A DNA stretch of 51,580 nt from Pseudomonadota bacterium. GTDB taxonomy: Bacteria; Pseudomonadota; Alphaproteobacteria; UBA9219; RGZA01. The number at the start of each line of letters is the position of its first letter. Positions within the stretch are counted from its first letter, which is position 1. Location of the stretch: NCBI GenBank assembly GCA_048498415.1, contig JBEHYA010000003.1:1-51580 (forward strand), read 5' to 3'. Positions 10,762 to 19,559 of the stretch are shown here, piece by piece. The notes under the pieces were generated by a model. The model did no database searches. It was not told the origin of the DNA and worked only from the letters and a program-made list of their open reading frames with translations. Made by a program: the position numbers and the translations under genes.

Positions 10762-12342
10762 TTAATGCAGGCGTATGCGCGCCGGCGGCAACAGCGCCCA
10801 GCCCACCACGATGGGCGCGGCTTTCGTTTCAATCCGCCAGGGCAGGGTGATGGGCGGCTGCACGATAATGCCCGGCATGCTGCGCGCCCAGTCCGGCATC
10901 TCGCCGTCGGGCTGCGGGGTAAACTTGCGCCATACCACTACGCCGCCATTCATCATCACATCGTCGCGCGCAATCCACTGGCTGGTCTCTTCGCCGCCAT
11001 CAATCCAGATATGGGCGCGGGTTTTTAAATCGGGCCCGTAGAAAGCGATGTTTTCCGCCAGCCATACTTCGCCAATAACGTATTTCAGCGGCGTATGGAA
11101 CTGTGCGTGCCAGCCCTGCTGCACGGTATGCGATAAAACATTGCCGGCAAAATGCCCGCGCAGGGGCTTGGCGCCCACCAGCGGCGTGAATTGCTGCGCC
11201 ACAAACGCCAGCACCAGCACGCCCGCCACAATCATGCCGGCGCCCACACCTTTGCCAAGCCGCGCGGCGTGCGGCGTGAAGCCCGCCACGATCCACAGCG
11301 GAATAAACGTGAGCAGCGGCATGCCCCACATATCGCGTAGCTCATGGCCTGTGAAAAAACCGATGAGAAGCGCGATCGCCAGCGGCGCGAACGCAATCCA
11401 GCCCAGCAGCGCGGCTTTAATGGGCGCCAGCGCGGCGCGGCGCAAGGGCCAATACATATACCCCGCCACCACCAGCAGGGGCAGCATGGTGAGAAGCTGG
11501 GCTGATAAAAACTTGAGCGGCATATATAACTGCGCGCCCAAATTCGCGGCTTTCTGCGTGCGCTCCATGGCGTAGGCGAACGGCAGGAAATGATGGCTGG
11601 TCAGCCACAACAAATGCGGCATGCACAAAAGAATGGCGGCCACCAGCGCCAGATAGGCCATGGGGCTGAACAGCATGCGCCGCGCTTCCGGCCGCCATAA
11701 AAGAAACAGAAGAAAGCTTATGCCAAAGATGCCGAAGGAATATTTGGCGTAAAGCCCGGCGGCAAAAAACACGCCCAGCATCAGCCCGTATTTAATCTGT
11801 CCCCGCGCCAGTCCCTGCACAAAGGCATAGGTGCACAGCGCCCCCAGCACCAGCTGCAAAACATTCGGGTTAAATTCCGTGCACAGGAAATTGAGATATA
11901 AAATGCCTTCCGTCAGCAGCGCGGCCAGAAACGCATTGAAGCGCGTGGTGAAAATCAGGCCGGTGCGGTTCACCGCCCACAGCGTGATCGCGCCTGCCAG
12001 CGCACTCAATCCGAAATACCCCAGCCCGGAGCGGCCAAAGATATAGGTGGCTGCTTCCAGCAACCATGCCTGCAACGGCGGGTGTTTGAAGGTGCCCAGC
12101 GGCCATTCATGGCCCCAGGCCAGGCCTTCAATCACATCCAGCGGCGCATTGCCCTGGGCAAGCGTGGGAATAATCGTCCAGCATAATAAATGCGCAGCAA
12201 ACAGCAGCCAGAAGGCGAGGGATGAATTATTTTGCAGCCAGCCGAGCAGGCCACGTGGGCGTTCGGGCGGTTGAATAATGGTTTCCGCAACGACAACTTC
12301 CGCCTCCACATATTCAACCGGCAGGTTTTTGTCGCCTTGCAT
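10762..12342 (-). CDS. GT-C fold glycosyltransferase (GT39/ArnT-like)
   Basis: Multi-TM; DVIE..WG, KHPPLQAW, GLYAKYS, PHLLWL motifs. Confidence 0.8.
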   Translation of the reverse strand: MQGDKNLPVEYVEAEVVVAETIIQPPERPRGLLGWLQNNSSLAFWLLFAAHLLCWTIIPTLAQGNAPLDVIEGLAWGHEWPLGTFKHPPLQAWLLEAATYIFGRSGLGYFGLSALAGAITLWAVNRTGLIFTTRFNAFLAALLTEGILYLNFLCTEFNPNVLQLVLGALCTYAFVQGLARGQIKYGLMLGVFFAAGLYAKYSFGIFGISFLLFLLWRPEARRMLFSPMAYLALVAAILLCMPHLLWLTSHHFLPFAYAMERTQKAANLGAQLYMPLKFLSAQLLTMLPLLVVAGYMYWPLRRAALAPIKAALLGWIAFAPLAIALLIGFFTGHELRDMWGMPLLTFIPLWIVAGFTPHAARLGKGVGAGMIVAGVLVLAFVAQQFTPLVGAKPLRGHFAGNVLSHTVQQGWHAQFHTPLKYVIGEVWLAENIAFYGPDLKTRAHIWIDGGEETSQWIARDDVMMNGGVVVWRKFTPQPDGEMPDWARSMPGIIVQPPITLPWRIETKAAPIVVGWALLPPARIRLH

Positions 12343-12344
12343 GA

Positions 12345-13286
12345 TTATTTGTCTTTGGGTTCTAGACCGCGGGCGTCAGCAATGAAATATAAAGGCCGCT
12401 GCTTCACTTCCGTGAAAATCCGCGCGATGTATTCGGCCAAGACGCCCAGCCCCACCAGCTGGAACCCGCCCAGCAGCAGCATGGTTGCCATAATCGAGGC
12501 ATAACCCGGCGTATCCACGCCAAAGATCAGCGTTTGCGCCACAACAACCAGCAGGAAGATGATCGCGAACGCCGAAATGGCTAATCCCACAACCGTCCAC
12601 ACGCGCAGCGGAATAGAACTGAACGACAGCAGCCCATCCAGCGCGAAATGCACCAAGCCAAACGGCGACCAGCTTGAAGTGCCCTTGTGGCGCGGCGCCA
12701 CATCAAATTCCACTTTGCCGCTGGTGAAACCCACCCAGCTCATCAGGCCTTTCATAAAGCGGCTGCGCTCGGGCAGGGCGTTCACGGCATCAATCACGCG
12801 GCGATCCAGCAACCGGAAATCGCCCGCGCCATCCGGCAGCTTCACGTCGCCAATCCGGCGGAAAATCCAGTAATACGCATGCGAGAATTGCCGGCGCAGC
12901 TTGCTGTCGGTATCGCGGTTGCGGCGAATGGCATAGACCATCTGCACGCCCGTGCGCCACATGGCGACTAATTCCGGAATAAGCTCCGGCGGGTGCTGCA
13001 GGTCGCTATCCATTATAATCGCTGCATCGCCTTGCGCGTAATGCAGCCCGCAGGTCACGGCGTTTTCTTTGCCGAAATTGCGGGCGAGGCGCACGGCTTT
13101 GATATTGGGGTTGCGCGCATGGTGGCTCACCAGCTCGGCATAGGTGGCATCCGAGCTGCCATCGTCGATGCACAGCAGTTCATAGCCCACGCCCATGCCG
13201 TTCAGCACGGCTTCCAGCCGGGTGAACAGCGTCTCCAGATTTTCCGCCTCGTTATGGCAGGGCAGGATGATGGAAAGAGAGGGCAT
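12345..13286 (-). CDS. GT2 polyprenol-phosphate glycosyltransferase (GtrB/ArnC-like)
   Basis: IILPCHNE, DDGSSD, RNFGKENA, DSDLQHPP, GDFRLLDR, two C-terminal TMs, RPLY. Confidence 0.9.
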   Translation of the reverse strand: MPSLSIILPCHNEAENLETLFTRLEAVLNGMGVGYELLCIDDGSSDATYAELVSHHARNPNIKAVRLARNFGKENAVTCGLHYAQGDAAIIMDSDLQHPPELIPELVAMWRTGVQMVYAIRRNRDTDSKLRRQFSHAYYWIFRRIGDVKLPDGAGDFRLLDRRVIDAVNALPERSRFMKGLMSWVGFTSGKVEFDVAPRHKGTSSWSPFGLVHFALDGLLSFSSIPLRVWTVVGLAISAFAIIFLLVVVAQTLIFGVDTPGYASIMATMLLLGGFQLVGLGVLAEYIARIFTEVKQRPLYFIADARGLEPKDK

Positions 13287-13292
13287 GATGTG

Positions 13293-13331
13293 AAAACGAA
13301 AAAGGCGTTAAGAGATTTATCTTAACGCCTT
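13293..13331 (-). terminator. Intrinsic terminator after rpsU
   Basis: AAGGCGTTAAGA/TCTTAACGCCTT 12-bp stem followed by a U-tract on the minus strand. Confidence 0.75.
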
Positions 13332-13357
13332 ATCTTAAAAACCCAATTTGAATTATT

Positions 13358-13561
13358 TTAAAAGCCTTCGCGTTCGCGGCGCTTGCGTTCGACCTTGCGC
13401 TGGCGGCGAATGGCTTCGGCGCGTTCACGCGCCTTCTTTTCCGAGGGCTTTTCGAAATTGCGGCGCAGTTTCATCTCGCGGAACACGCCTTCACGCTGCA
13501 GCTTTTTCTTCAGAACGCGCAGCGCCTGATCGACATTGTTATCACGAACGGAAACTTGCAA
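13358..13561 (-). CDS. rpsU: 30S ribosomal protein S21
   Basis: TTG start at 13561 ([25 protein letters not shown]...EKPSE), GGAAGG RBS; the ORF-track start is too far upstream. Confidence 0.95.
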   Translation of the reverse strand: MQVSVRDNNVDQALRVLKKKLQREGVFREMKLRRNFEKPSEKKARERAEAIRRQRKVERKRREREGF

Positions 13562-13670
13562 AGTCTTCACCCTTCCAAAAGTAATAAGAAACGGGGCTTC
13601 TGGCCCCGTGTTGGTGCAGGTAAATAGCAGGAAAAAAACCGCCCCAGCAATACAATAATTCATTATTCTA

Positions 13671-13702
13671 TTGCCAAACCCGCATGAGTTCCTAAAATGT
13701 TC
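13671..13702 (+). promoter_or_regulatory. Putative sigma70 promoter overlapped by an alphaproteobacterial LexA-type box
   Basis: TTGCCA (13671-13676), 16 nt, TAAAAT (13693-13698); GTTC-CTAAAAT-GTTC at 13688-13702 fits GTTC-N7-GTTC. Confidence 0.5.
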
Positions 13703-13704
13703 TT

Positions 13705-14310
13705 ATGATTCAAGCAGATAAGGCCAAAACCCAGCTTATCACCCAGGCATTGCCCCATATCGCGGCGCACGGCTGGACGATGCTGGCCCTTACCAGCACT
13801 GAAAAAGCCGAAGGAATCGCACCCGGCACCTACGCCGCCACTTTCCCCGAAGGCATGCAGCAATTTATCCGTGAGTTTCAGGATTGGCTGAACGCCGAGA
13901 TGACCGCGCGCATCGGGGCCGATAAAAATTTCAGCGCCATGAAAGTGCGCGAGAAAATTTTCACGCTCTGCATGACGCGCTACGACATTCTCGCACCCCA
14001 CCGTGACACCGTAAAACGCTTGGTTGCTCACCAGCTGATGCCGTGGAACGGCGTGCACGGCGCCGCCGATTTAGGCCGCGCGGCCGATGCCATGTGGAAA
14101 CTCGCCGGCGACCGTTCCATCGATTACAATTTTTACACCAAGCGCTTTCTCTTGGCCGGCGTCTACGCCAGCACCCTGCAGGTGTGGCTGGATGATGAGA
14201 GCAAAGATAACGCTAAAACCCAGCAATTCCTGAAAGCCCGCATCGAAAACGTGCTGAAAATCGGTAAAGCGATTGGCGGCCTGAAAGATAAGTTTAAGGG
14301 CGCAGCCTAA
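13705..14310 (+). CDS. COQ9-family protein (rpsU-divergently transcribed protein)
   Basis: Divergent from rpsU; HGWT, ADAMWKLAGDRSIDYNFYTKRFLLAGVYAST. Confidence 0.9.
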   Translation: MIQADKAKTQLITQALPHIAAHGWTMLALTSTEKAEGIAPGTYAATFPEGMQQFIREFQDWLNAEMTARIGADKNFSAMKVREKIFTLCMTRYDILAPHRDTVKRLVAHQLMPWNGVHGAADLGRAADAMWKLAGDRSIDYNFYTKRFLLAGVYASTLQVWLDDESKDNAKTQQFLKARIENVLKIGKAIGGLKDKFKGAA

Positions 14311-14316
14311 CCTTTG

Positions 14317-14403
14317 CAGGCATCCCCGCGAAAGCGGGGATCCAGTTTGGTTTAAGCATAAAAAACAAGAGAAACTGGATTCCCGCTTTCGCGGGAATGC
14401 CTG
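14317..14403. repeat. REP/REPIN-like element, subfamily B
   Basis: CAGGCATCCCCGCGAAAGCGGGGATCCAGTTTGGTT...AAACTGGATTCCCGCTTTCGCGGGAATGCCTG between convergent genes. Confidence 0.85.
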
Positions 14404-14409
14404 GGATAT

Positions 14410-16329
14410 TTAACCGCTATGAAAATGCTCATAAATCTTGCGCGCCAAATCGGCACTGATGCCGGGGGCGCGGCGTAAATCATCAATGCCGGCGCGGCTC
14501 ACGGCTTGCGCCGAGCCAAAATGCAGCAGCAGGCTTTTCTTACGCGTTGGGCCCACGCCGGGCAGATTATCCAGCGGCGAAGCGGAGATCGCTTTGGCGC
14601 GCCGCGCGCGGTGCGTGCCAATCGCAAACCGGTGCGCTTCATCGCGCAGGCGCTGCATGTAATAGGCCACCGGATCACGCGGCGGGAATGAATAGGGCTC
14701 GCGCCCCGGCACAAAATAACGCTCGAGGCCGGCATTCCGATCTGGCCCTTTCGCCACGCCCACCAGTGGCACGTCGCTAATGCCAAGCTCCGCCAGCGCA
14801 TCAATCGCCGCATTCAGCTGGCCCAACCCGCCATCAATCAAAACCAGATCCGGCCAATGCGCCGGCGTGCGTTCCGGGTGTTCCGCCAGCGCACGTGAAA
14901 ACCGGCGCTTTAAAACCTCGCGCATCATCCCATAATCGTCGCCCGGCGTCAGATCGGTGCTTTTGATATTGAATTTGCGATAGGCCTTTTTAATAAAGCC
15001 TTCGGGCCCCGCCACAATCATGCCGCCCACCGCGAACTGGCCCGACACATGGCTGTTATCATACACTTCAATCCGCTGCGGCGGGCCATCCAGCCCAAAA
15101 GCTTCGGCCGTGCCTTCCAGCAGCGCGTTCTGGCTTTGCCGCTCGCTCATGCGGCGCTCCAGCGCTTCCTTGGCGTTGGTGAGCGCCATCTCCACCACCG
15201 CGCGTTTGGTGCCAAGCTTGGGTATTAAAATCTCTACCTTGTGGCCGGCTTTTTCGCGGAAGGCTTCCGCCAGCAAATCCATTTCATCTGCCGCATCGCT
15301 AAGTAAAATCTGCGGGGGCAGGGGCTTATCGGCGTAGAACTGCGCAAGAAAATTACTCAGGATCGCGCCATCGGAAAGTTCACTCGCATGCTGCGGGTAC
15401 ATCGCGCGGTTGCCGTAATTGCGGTCGTTGCGGAAAAAGAAAATCTGGATGCAGATCTGGTCGGCCTGCCGGTGCAGCGCCACCACATCGGTATCGCCAA
15501 TGCCGGCCAGATTAATCGTCTGCTTGGAATGAATGGTCGCCAAAAACCGAATACGATCCCGCAACTCCGCCGCCAGCTCAAAATTCTTGGCTTCGCTGGC
15601 CACCGCCATATCCATCTGCAGTTTTTGCAGAATGCTGTCGTCGCGGCCGTTCAGAAAATTCCGCGCATTCTTCACCTGCTCGGCATAGGCTTCGGCCGTC
15701 ACTTTCGCCACACACGGCGCCGTGCAGCGTTTGATATGGTATTGCAAACACGGGCGTTTCCGCGTGGCAAAGAAGCTATCGGTGCAATTGCGCAGCATGA
15801 AGCCGCGCATCACCAGCAGCATCGTCTCGCCCACCGCTTCCGCCGATGCAAATGGCCCAAAATACCAGCCATCCCGGTTACGGCTGCCGCGGTATTTCTG
15901 CACCTGCGGAAATTCATGGTCTTTGGTGATCAAGATATACGGGTAGCTTTTATCGTCGCGCAGCAGAATGTTGAACGGCGACTGGTGATGCCGGATCAAG
16001 TTCGCTTCCAGCAATAACGCTTCGGCTTCCGTATGCGTGACCGTCACTTCTAAAGTAGCGGTGAGCGCCACCATCCGCTGCAAACGGTTGGGCAGGCGTT
16101 CAATCTGCGTATAACTGGTCACGCGCTTTTTTAAATTCCGCGCCTTGCCCACATATAAAACTTCGCCCTTGGCCGAGATCATGCGGTAGACGCCCGGCGA
16201 ATTCGGCAGCGTCTTTATATGCTCGCGCAAAATCGCCGCGCCGGCGGCGTAGCTGGCGTTGGGTGCCGTCGGCAGCTTGGTTTTGCCGCGGCTTTCGCGG
16301 CCGGGAAGATTGGGCGTTTCATTAGCCAT
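14410..16329 (-). CDS. uvrC: Excinuclease ABC subunit C
   Basis: GIY-YIG (PGVYRM...LYVGKARNLKKRV), RIEVYDNSH, LIDGGLGQ, RDEAHRFA, C-terminal HhH. Confidence 0.97.
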   Translation of the reverse strand: MANETPNLPGRESRGKTKLPTAPNASYAAGAAILREHIKTLPNSPGVYRMISAKGEVLYVGKARNLKKRVTSYTQIERLPNRLQRMVALTATLEVTVTHTEAEALLLEANLIRHHQSPFNILLRDDKSYPYILITKDHEFPQVQKYRGSRNRDGWYFGPFASAEAVGETMLLVMRGFMLRNCTDSFFATRKRPCLQYHIKRCTAPCVAKVTAEAYAEQVKNARNFLNGRDDSILQKLQMDMAVASEAKNFELAAELRDRIRFLATIHSKQTINLAGIGDTDVVALHRQADQICIQIFFFRNDRNYGNRAMYPQHASELSDGAILSNFLAQFYADKPLPPQILLSDAADEMDLLAEAFREKAGHKVEILIPKLGTKRAVVEMALTNAKEALERRMSERQSQNALLEGTAEAFGLDGPPQRIEVYDNSHVSGQFAVGGMIVAGPEGFIKKAYRKFNIKSTDLTPGDDYGMMREVLKRRFSRALAEHPERTPAHWPDLVLIDGGLGQLNAAIDALAELGISDVPLVGVAKGPDRNAGLERYFVPGREPYSFPPRDPVAYYMQRLRDEAHRFAIGTHRARRAKAISASPLDNLPGVGPTRKKSLLLHFGSAQAVSRAGIDDLRRAPGISADLARKIYEHFHSG

Positions 16330-16356
16330 GAGGGCGGGAGTATAGACCTTCTCGCG

Positions 16357-16391
16357 TTATCCACGATTCCTGTGGATAACTATGTGGAACC
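16357..16391. promoter_or_regulatory. Cluster of three DnaA boxes (DARS-like arrangement)
   Basis: TTATCCACG-attcc-TGTGGATAA-cta-TGTGGAACC: one perfect box, one near-perfect box in opposite orientation and one weak box, followed by an AT-rich tract. Confidence 0.7.
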
Positions 16392-16582
16392 TGGGGTGCG
16401 CGGGCCAAAAATCCGAGAGGATTCAAGGCCTGAAACCCTTTGCACAAAAAATGGGCAAAACATTCAATCAACAGGATAATGAATTGATATCACGCAGCTT
16501 TTTATCAAGTGGGCGATCTCAAAAATTCCCAATGGAATCAAGTATTAATGCAAAGTAAACAGGATCGCAAGCTGTTGGTAAC

Positions 16583-17329
16583 CTAACGCTGCAAGGGCTT
16601 GCGCGTCATCGCGGCGATCATCCCATGCCACGTGCGCACTTCCTGCTCGGTCAGCTCCGCGCGCAGCAAGGCATTTCGAATATTATGCGTCATCGCTTCA
16701 CGCATGCCGGGCGAGGTGAAAAACCCGCCTTCCTCCAGCTGCTGCTCCAGATGCTGGAACAGAAAGCCGAATTCTTCCTTTGTGGCCGGCCGCGATTTTA
16801 GCTGCGGAATGGCGGAGGGCGGCGCCGCGCTATTGGCCATTAGCCATTCATACGCAAATACCAGCACGGCCTGCGCCAGATTAAACGAAGAAAATTCCGG
16901 GTTGGCCGGAATATGAATAAGTCTCTCCGCAAACATCACATCTTCGTTGCTTAAACCGGTGCGCTCCGGCCCGAACATCAAACCAATCTTTTCGTTCGCC
17001 CCAATACGCGCCTTCACTTCTGCAATCGCCGCGCGGGGGTTCAAAACTTCCTTCACCATGTCGCGGGCGCGCGCAGTGGTGGCGTAAACGCTGTTCAAAT
17101 CCGCTACAGCCGAAGCCACATCCGGATATACCCTCGTTTTCTCCAATACTTCCGCAGCGCCAGCGGCAGAGGCTTCCAGCCGTTCTTTATGCGGGCTTGC
17201 CAGCGGCCACGCATCCCGCGGGTCAGCAATACGCAGTTCCGTGAGTTTGCAGTTCAGCATCGCCCGCATGGCCGCGCCGATATTTTCGACCAGCTGGGGC
17301 CGCACCAGAATGATGACGGGAATACTCAT
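16583..17329 (-). CDS. SPOUT RNA methyltransferase (TrmJ/LasT family)
   Basis: LVRPQLVENIGAAMRAM, FGPERTGLSNED, SSFNLAQAV. Confidence 0.9.
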   Translation of the reverse strand: MSIPVIILVRPQLVENIGAAMRAMLNCKLTELRIADPRDAWPLASPHKERLEASAAGAAEVLEKTRVYPDVASAVADLNSVYATTARARDMVKEVLNPRAAIAEVKARIGANEKIGLMFGPERTGLSNEDVMFAERLIHIPANPEFSSFNLAQAVLVFAYEWLMANSAAPPSAIPQLKSRPATKEEFGFLFQHLEQQLEEGGFFTSPGMREAMTHNIRNALLRAELTEQEVRTWHGMIAAMTRKPLQR

Positions 17330-18915
17330 TTTTGTAACAGATAATAACTGTAGCTGTCGCCCAGCGCGTCGAACGACGCATCGATGATATTGGTGGAAAC
17401 GCCCACGGTGGCCCAGTGCTTGGTGCGGTCATCCACCCGCGCGGTTTCAATCAGCACGCGCGGCATGGCGCCCGACGCATCATTGGCATGCAGAATCCGC
17501 ACGCGGTAATCCGTGAGAGTGATATCGGCCAAACGCGGGTAAATCGGCTCCAAAGCTTTGCGCATCGCCCGGTCAATCGCGTTCACCGGGCCGTTGCCAT
17601 CCGCCACGGTATGAAAAACCTCATCGCCCACGCGAACTTTTACGCGGGCTTCCGAAGCCGTGGCCAGTTTGCCGGCGGCGTTATATTGGCGCTCGTCGGT
17701 CACGGCGTAATGCAACAATTCAAAAAACTGCGGCACTTTGCCCAGGTGCCGGCGGGCCAGCAGTTCAAAGCTCGCCTCCGCACCGTCATAGGCATAGCCG
17801 TCAAATTCACGTTGTTTTAGCAGATCCACCAGTGCGCCGATGCGAACATCCTTGGCGTCAATCTCCATGCCGATTTCGCGCAGCCGCGCCAGCACATTCG
17901 CGCGGCCCGATTGGTCGGAAACCACTAATTTGCGGCGATTGCCCACTGTCTCGGGCGGCACATGTTCATACGACTGCGGGTTTTTCTCCACCGCCGACAC
18001 ATGCACGCCGCCCTTATGGGCAAAGGCGTTTTCGCCCACATAGGCCGCATGCCGGTTGGCGGCGCGGTTCAGGCGTTCATCGAAGTTGCGCGAGAGTTTC
18101 GTAAGTTCGCCCAGCTTTTCGCCCGCCTTACCCACATCAAACCCCATTTTTAGCGACAGGGTAGGGATCAGCGAGATCAAATTCGCGTTGCCGCAGCGCT
18201 CGCCCAAACCGTTAAGCGTGCCCTGTACCATACGCACGCCGGCGCGCACCGCAGCCAGCGAATTCGCCACCGCATTTTCCGTATCGTTATGCGCGTGAAC
18301 GCCAAGCTTGTCGCCGGGAATGCGTTTCGCCACGTCGCGCACAATCGCTTCCACTTCATCCGGAAGCGCGCCACCGTTGGTATCGCACAGCACCACCCAG
18401 CGCGCACCGGCGCTGTAGGCGGCATCCAGGCAGGCCAGCGCGTAATCCCGGTTGGCTTTGTAGCCATCGAAGAAATGTTCGGCATCAAACAGCGCTTCGG
18501 CGCCGCGTGCTTTTACGGCCGCGATGCTCTCGCGAATAAGTTCGATGTTTTCTTCGTTTGTAATGCCAAGCGCGACCTTGACCTGAAAATCCCACGTCTT
18601 GCCGAACAAACAAAACGCCTTGGCCTTGCCGGCGAACAGTGCATTGAGGCCCGGGTCGTTGGCCACGCTACGGCCTGCGCGTTTGGTCATGCCAAACGCG
18701 GTAAAGCAGGCGGTTTTGAAGTTGGGGTCGTCGGCGAAAAACGCATCGTCGGTCGGGTTGGCGCCGGGCCAGCCGCCTTCAATGTAATCCACGCCGAATT
18801 CGTCCAGGCTGGCGGCGATCAGGCGCTTGTCGGTCAGCGTGAAATCGATGCCTTGCGTCTGGGCACCGTCGCGAAGGGTCGTATCAAACAGGTAAAGGCG
18901 TTCGCGCGGCGGCAT
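17326..18915 (-). CDS. cimA: Citramalate synthase
   Basis: FDTTLRDGAQ, EGGWPGANP, FDAEHFFDGYK, HAHNDT, GERCGNAN, GNGPVNA. Confidence 0.92.
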   Translation of the reverse strand: MPPRERLYLFDTTLRDGAQTQGIDFTLTDKRLIAASLDEFGVDYIEGGWPGANPTDDAFFADDPNFKTACFTAFGMTKRAGRSVANDPGLNALFAGKAKAFCLFGKTWDFQVKVALGITNEENIELIRESIAAVKARGAEALFDAEHFFDGYKANRDYALACLDAAYSAGARWVVLCDTNGGALPDEVEAIVRDVAKRIPGDKLGVHAHNDTENAVANSLAAVRAGVRMVQGTLNGLGERCGNANLISLIPTLSLKMGFDVGKAGEKLGELTKLSRNFDERLNRAANRHAAYVGENAFAHKGGVHVSAVEKNPQSYEHVPPETVGNRRKLVVSDQSGRANVLARLREIGMEIDAKDVRIGALVDLLKQREFDGYAYDGAEASFELLARRHLGKVPQFFELLHYAVTDERQYNAAGKLATASEARVKVRVGDEVFHTVADGNGPVNAIDRAMRKALEPIYPRLADITLTDYRVRILHANDASGAMPRVLIETARVDDRTKHWATVGVSTNIIDASFDALGDSYSYYLLQK

Positions 18916-18923
18916 AGAAAATA

Positions 18924-19475
18924 TTATTTGATTTTATAGGAGAGAACGACCTGATACGGGCTGGTCGCGCAGGCGGCCAGCGCAACGGTTTGCGGCGCAG
19001 AGCCCGTCGTCACCGCCGTGCTGTTAATGCTGGCCAGACCGCTGTTGATCGTATCGTTGTATATCTGCGCGACAAAATTCGTGCACTGGCTGCGGCTCGG
19101 AATGCTTGCAATCGTAATATCGAATGTCGCGCCGTTGGCGGCCACCGTCAGGGCCGTGCCCCACACGCTCACCAAACTGGTGCCGGTGGAAGCCACCATG
19201 CTTTTCGGCGCAATGCCGGTATTGATGAGGGCCGTTGTATAAGCCGTCGCGGCGGCGGTTTCTGTTGTCGCCACCGTGGTATAGGAGGCGCGGATGTTAT
19301 TCACCAGTGTCGAGGTGTCGTGCACCTGTTCTTTAATATTGTTGGAATCGCGCATCGACGCGTAGGCCGCGAACACGCCGCCGATCACCAGGCCCACAAC
19401 GCCCAGCACAATGGCGGCTTCCACCAGATTAAGACCGGCCCGGGCGTGAAGGCGTGAACGGCAAATGCGAAGCAT
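18924..19475 (-). CDS. Type IV pilin-like protein (PilS/type IVb-like)
   Basis: ATG at 19475 with AGGAG RBS; class III signal RAG|LNLVEAAIVLGVVGLVIGGV with E5; SVWGTALTV; C-terminal Cys pair. Confidence 0.8.
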   Translation of the reverse strand: MLRICRSRLHARAGLNLVEAAIVLGVVGLVIGGVFAAYASMRDSNNIKEQVHDTSTLVNNIRASYTTVATTETAAATAYTTALINTGIAPKSMVASTGTSLVSVWGTALTVAANGATFDITIASIPSRSQCTNFVAQIYNDTINSGLASINSTAVTTGSAPQTVALAACATSPYQVVLSYKIK

Positions 19476-19559
19476 AAAGTCTCCTAAGTGGCTGGGGGCC
19501 AGTTTACATGGTTTTTTATAAAGGCAAAGCCTCGGTGTTACCGTGGGCATTTTAGCCGC

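Noticed and set aside
13562-13663. N-terminally extended S21, and similar extensions of thiC, the pilin and sixA in the ORF track
   Set aside because: Family N-termini, and for rpsU, thiC and the pilin the RBS position, support the downstream starts; the thiC extension lies inside the riboswitch
16330-16582. oriC
   Set aside because: Only one compact box triad in ~250 nt and no hemE, dnaA or parAB neighbours; a DARS-like or regulatory role fits better, though oriC cannot be excluded without GC-skew
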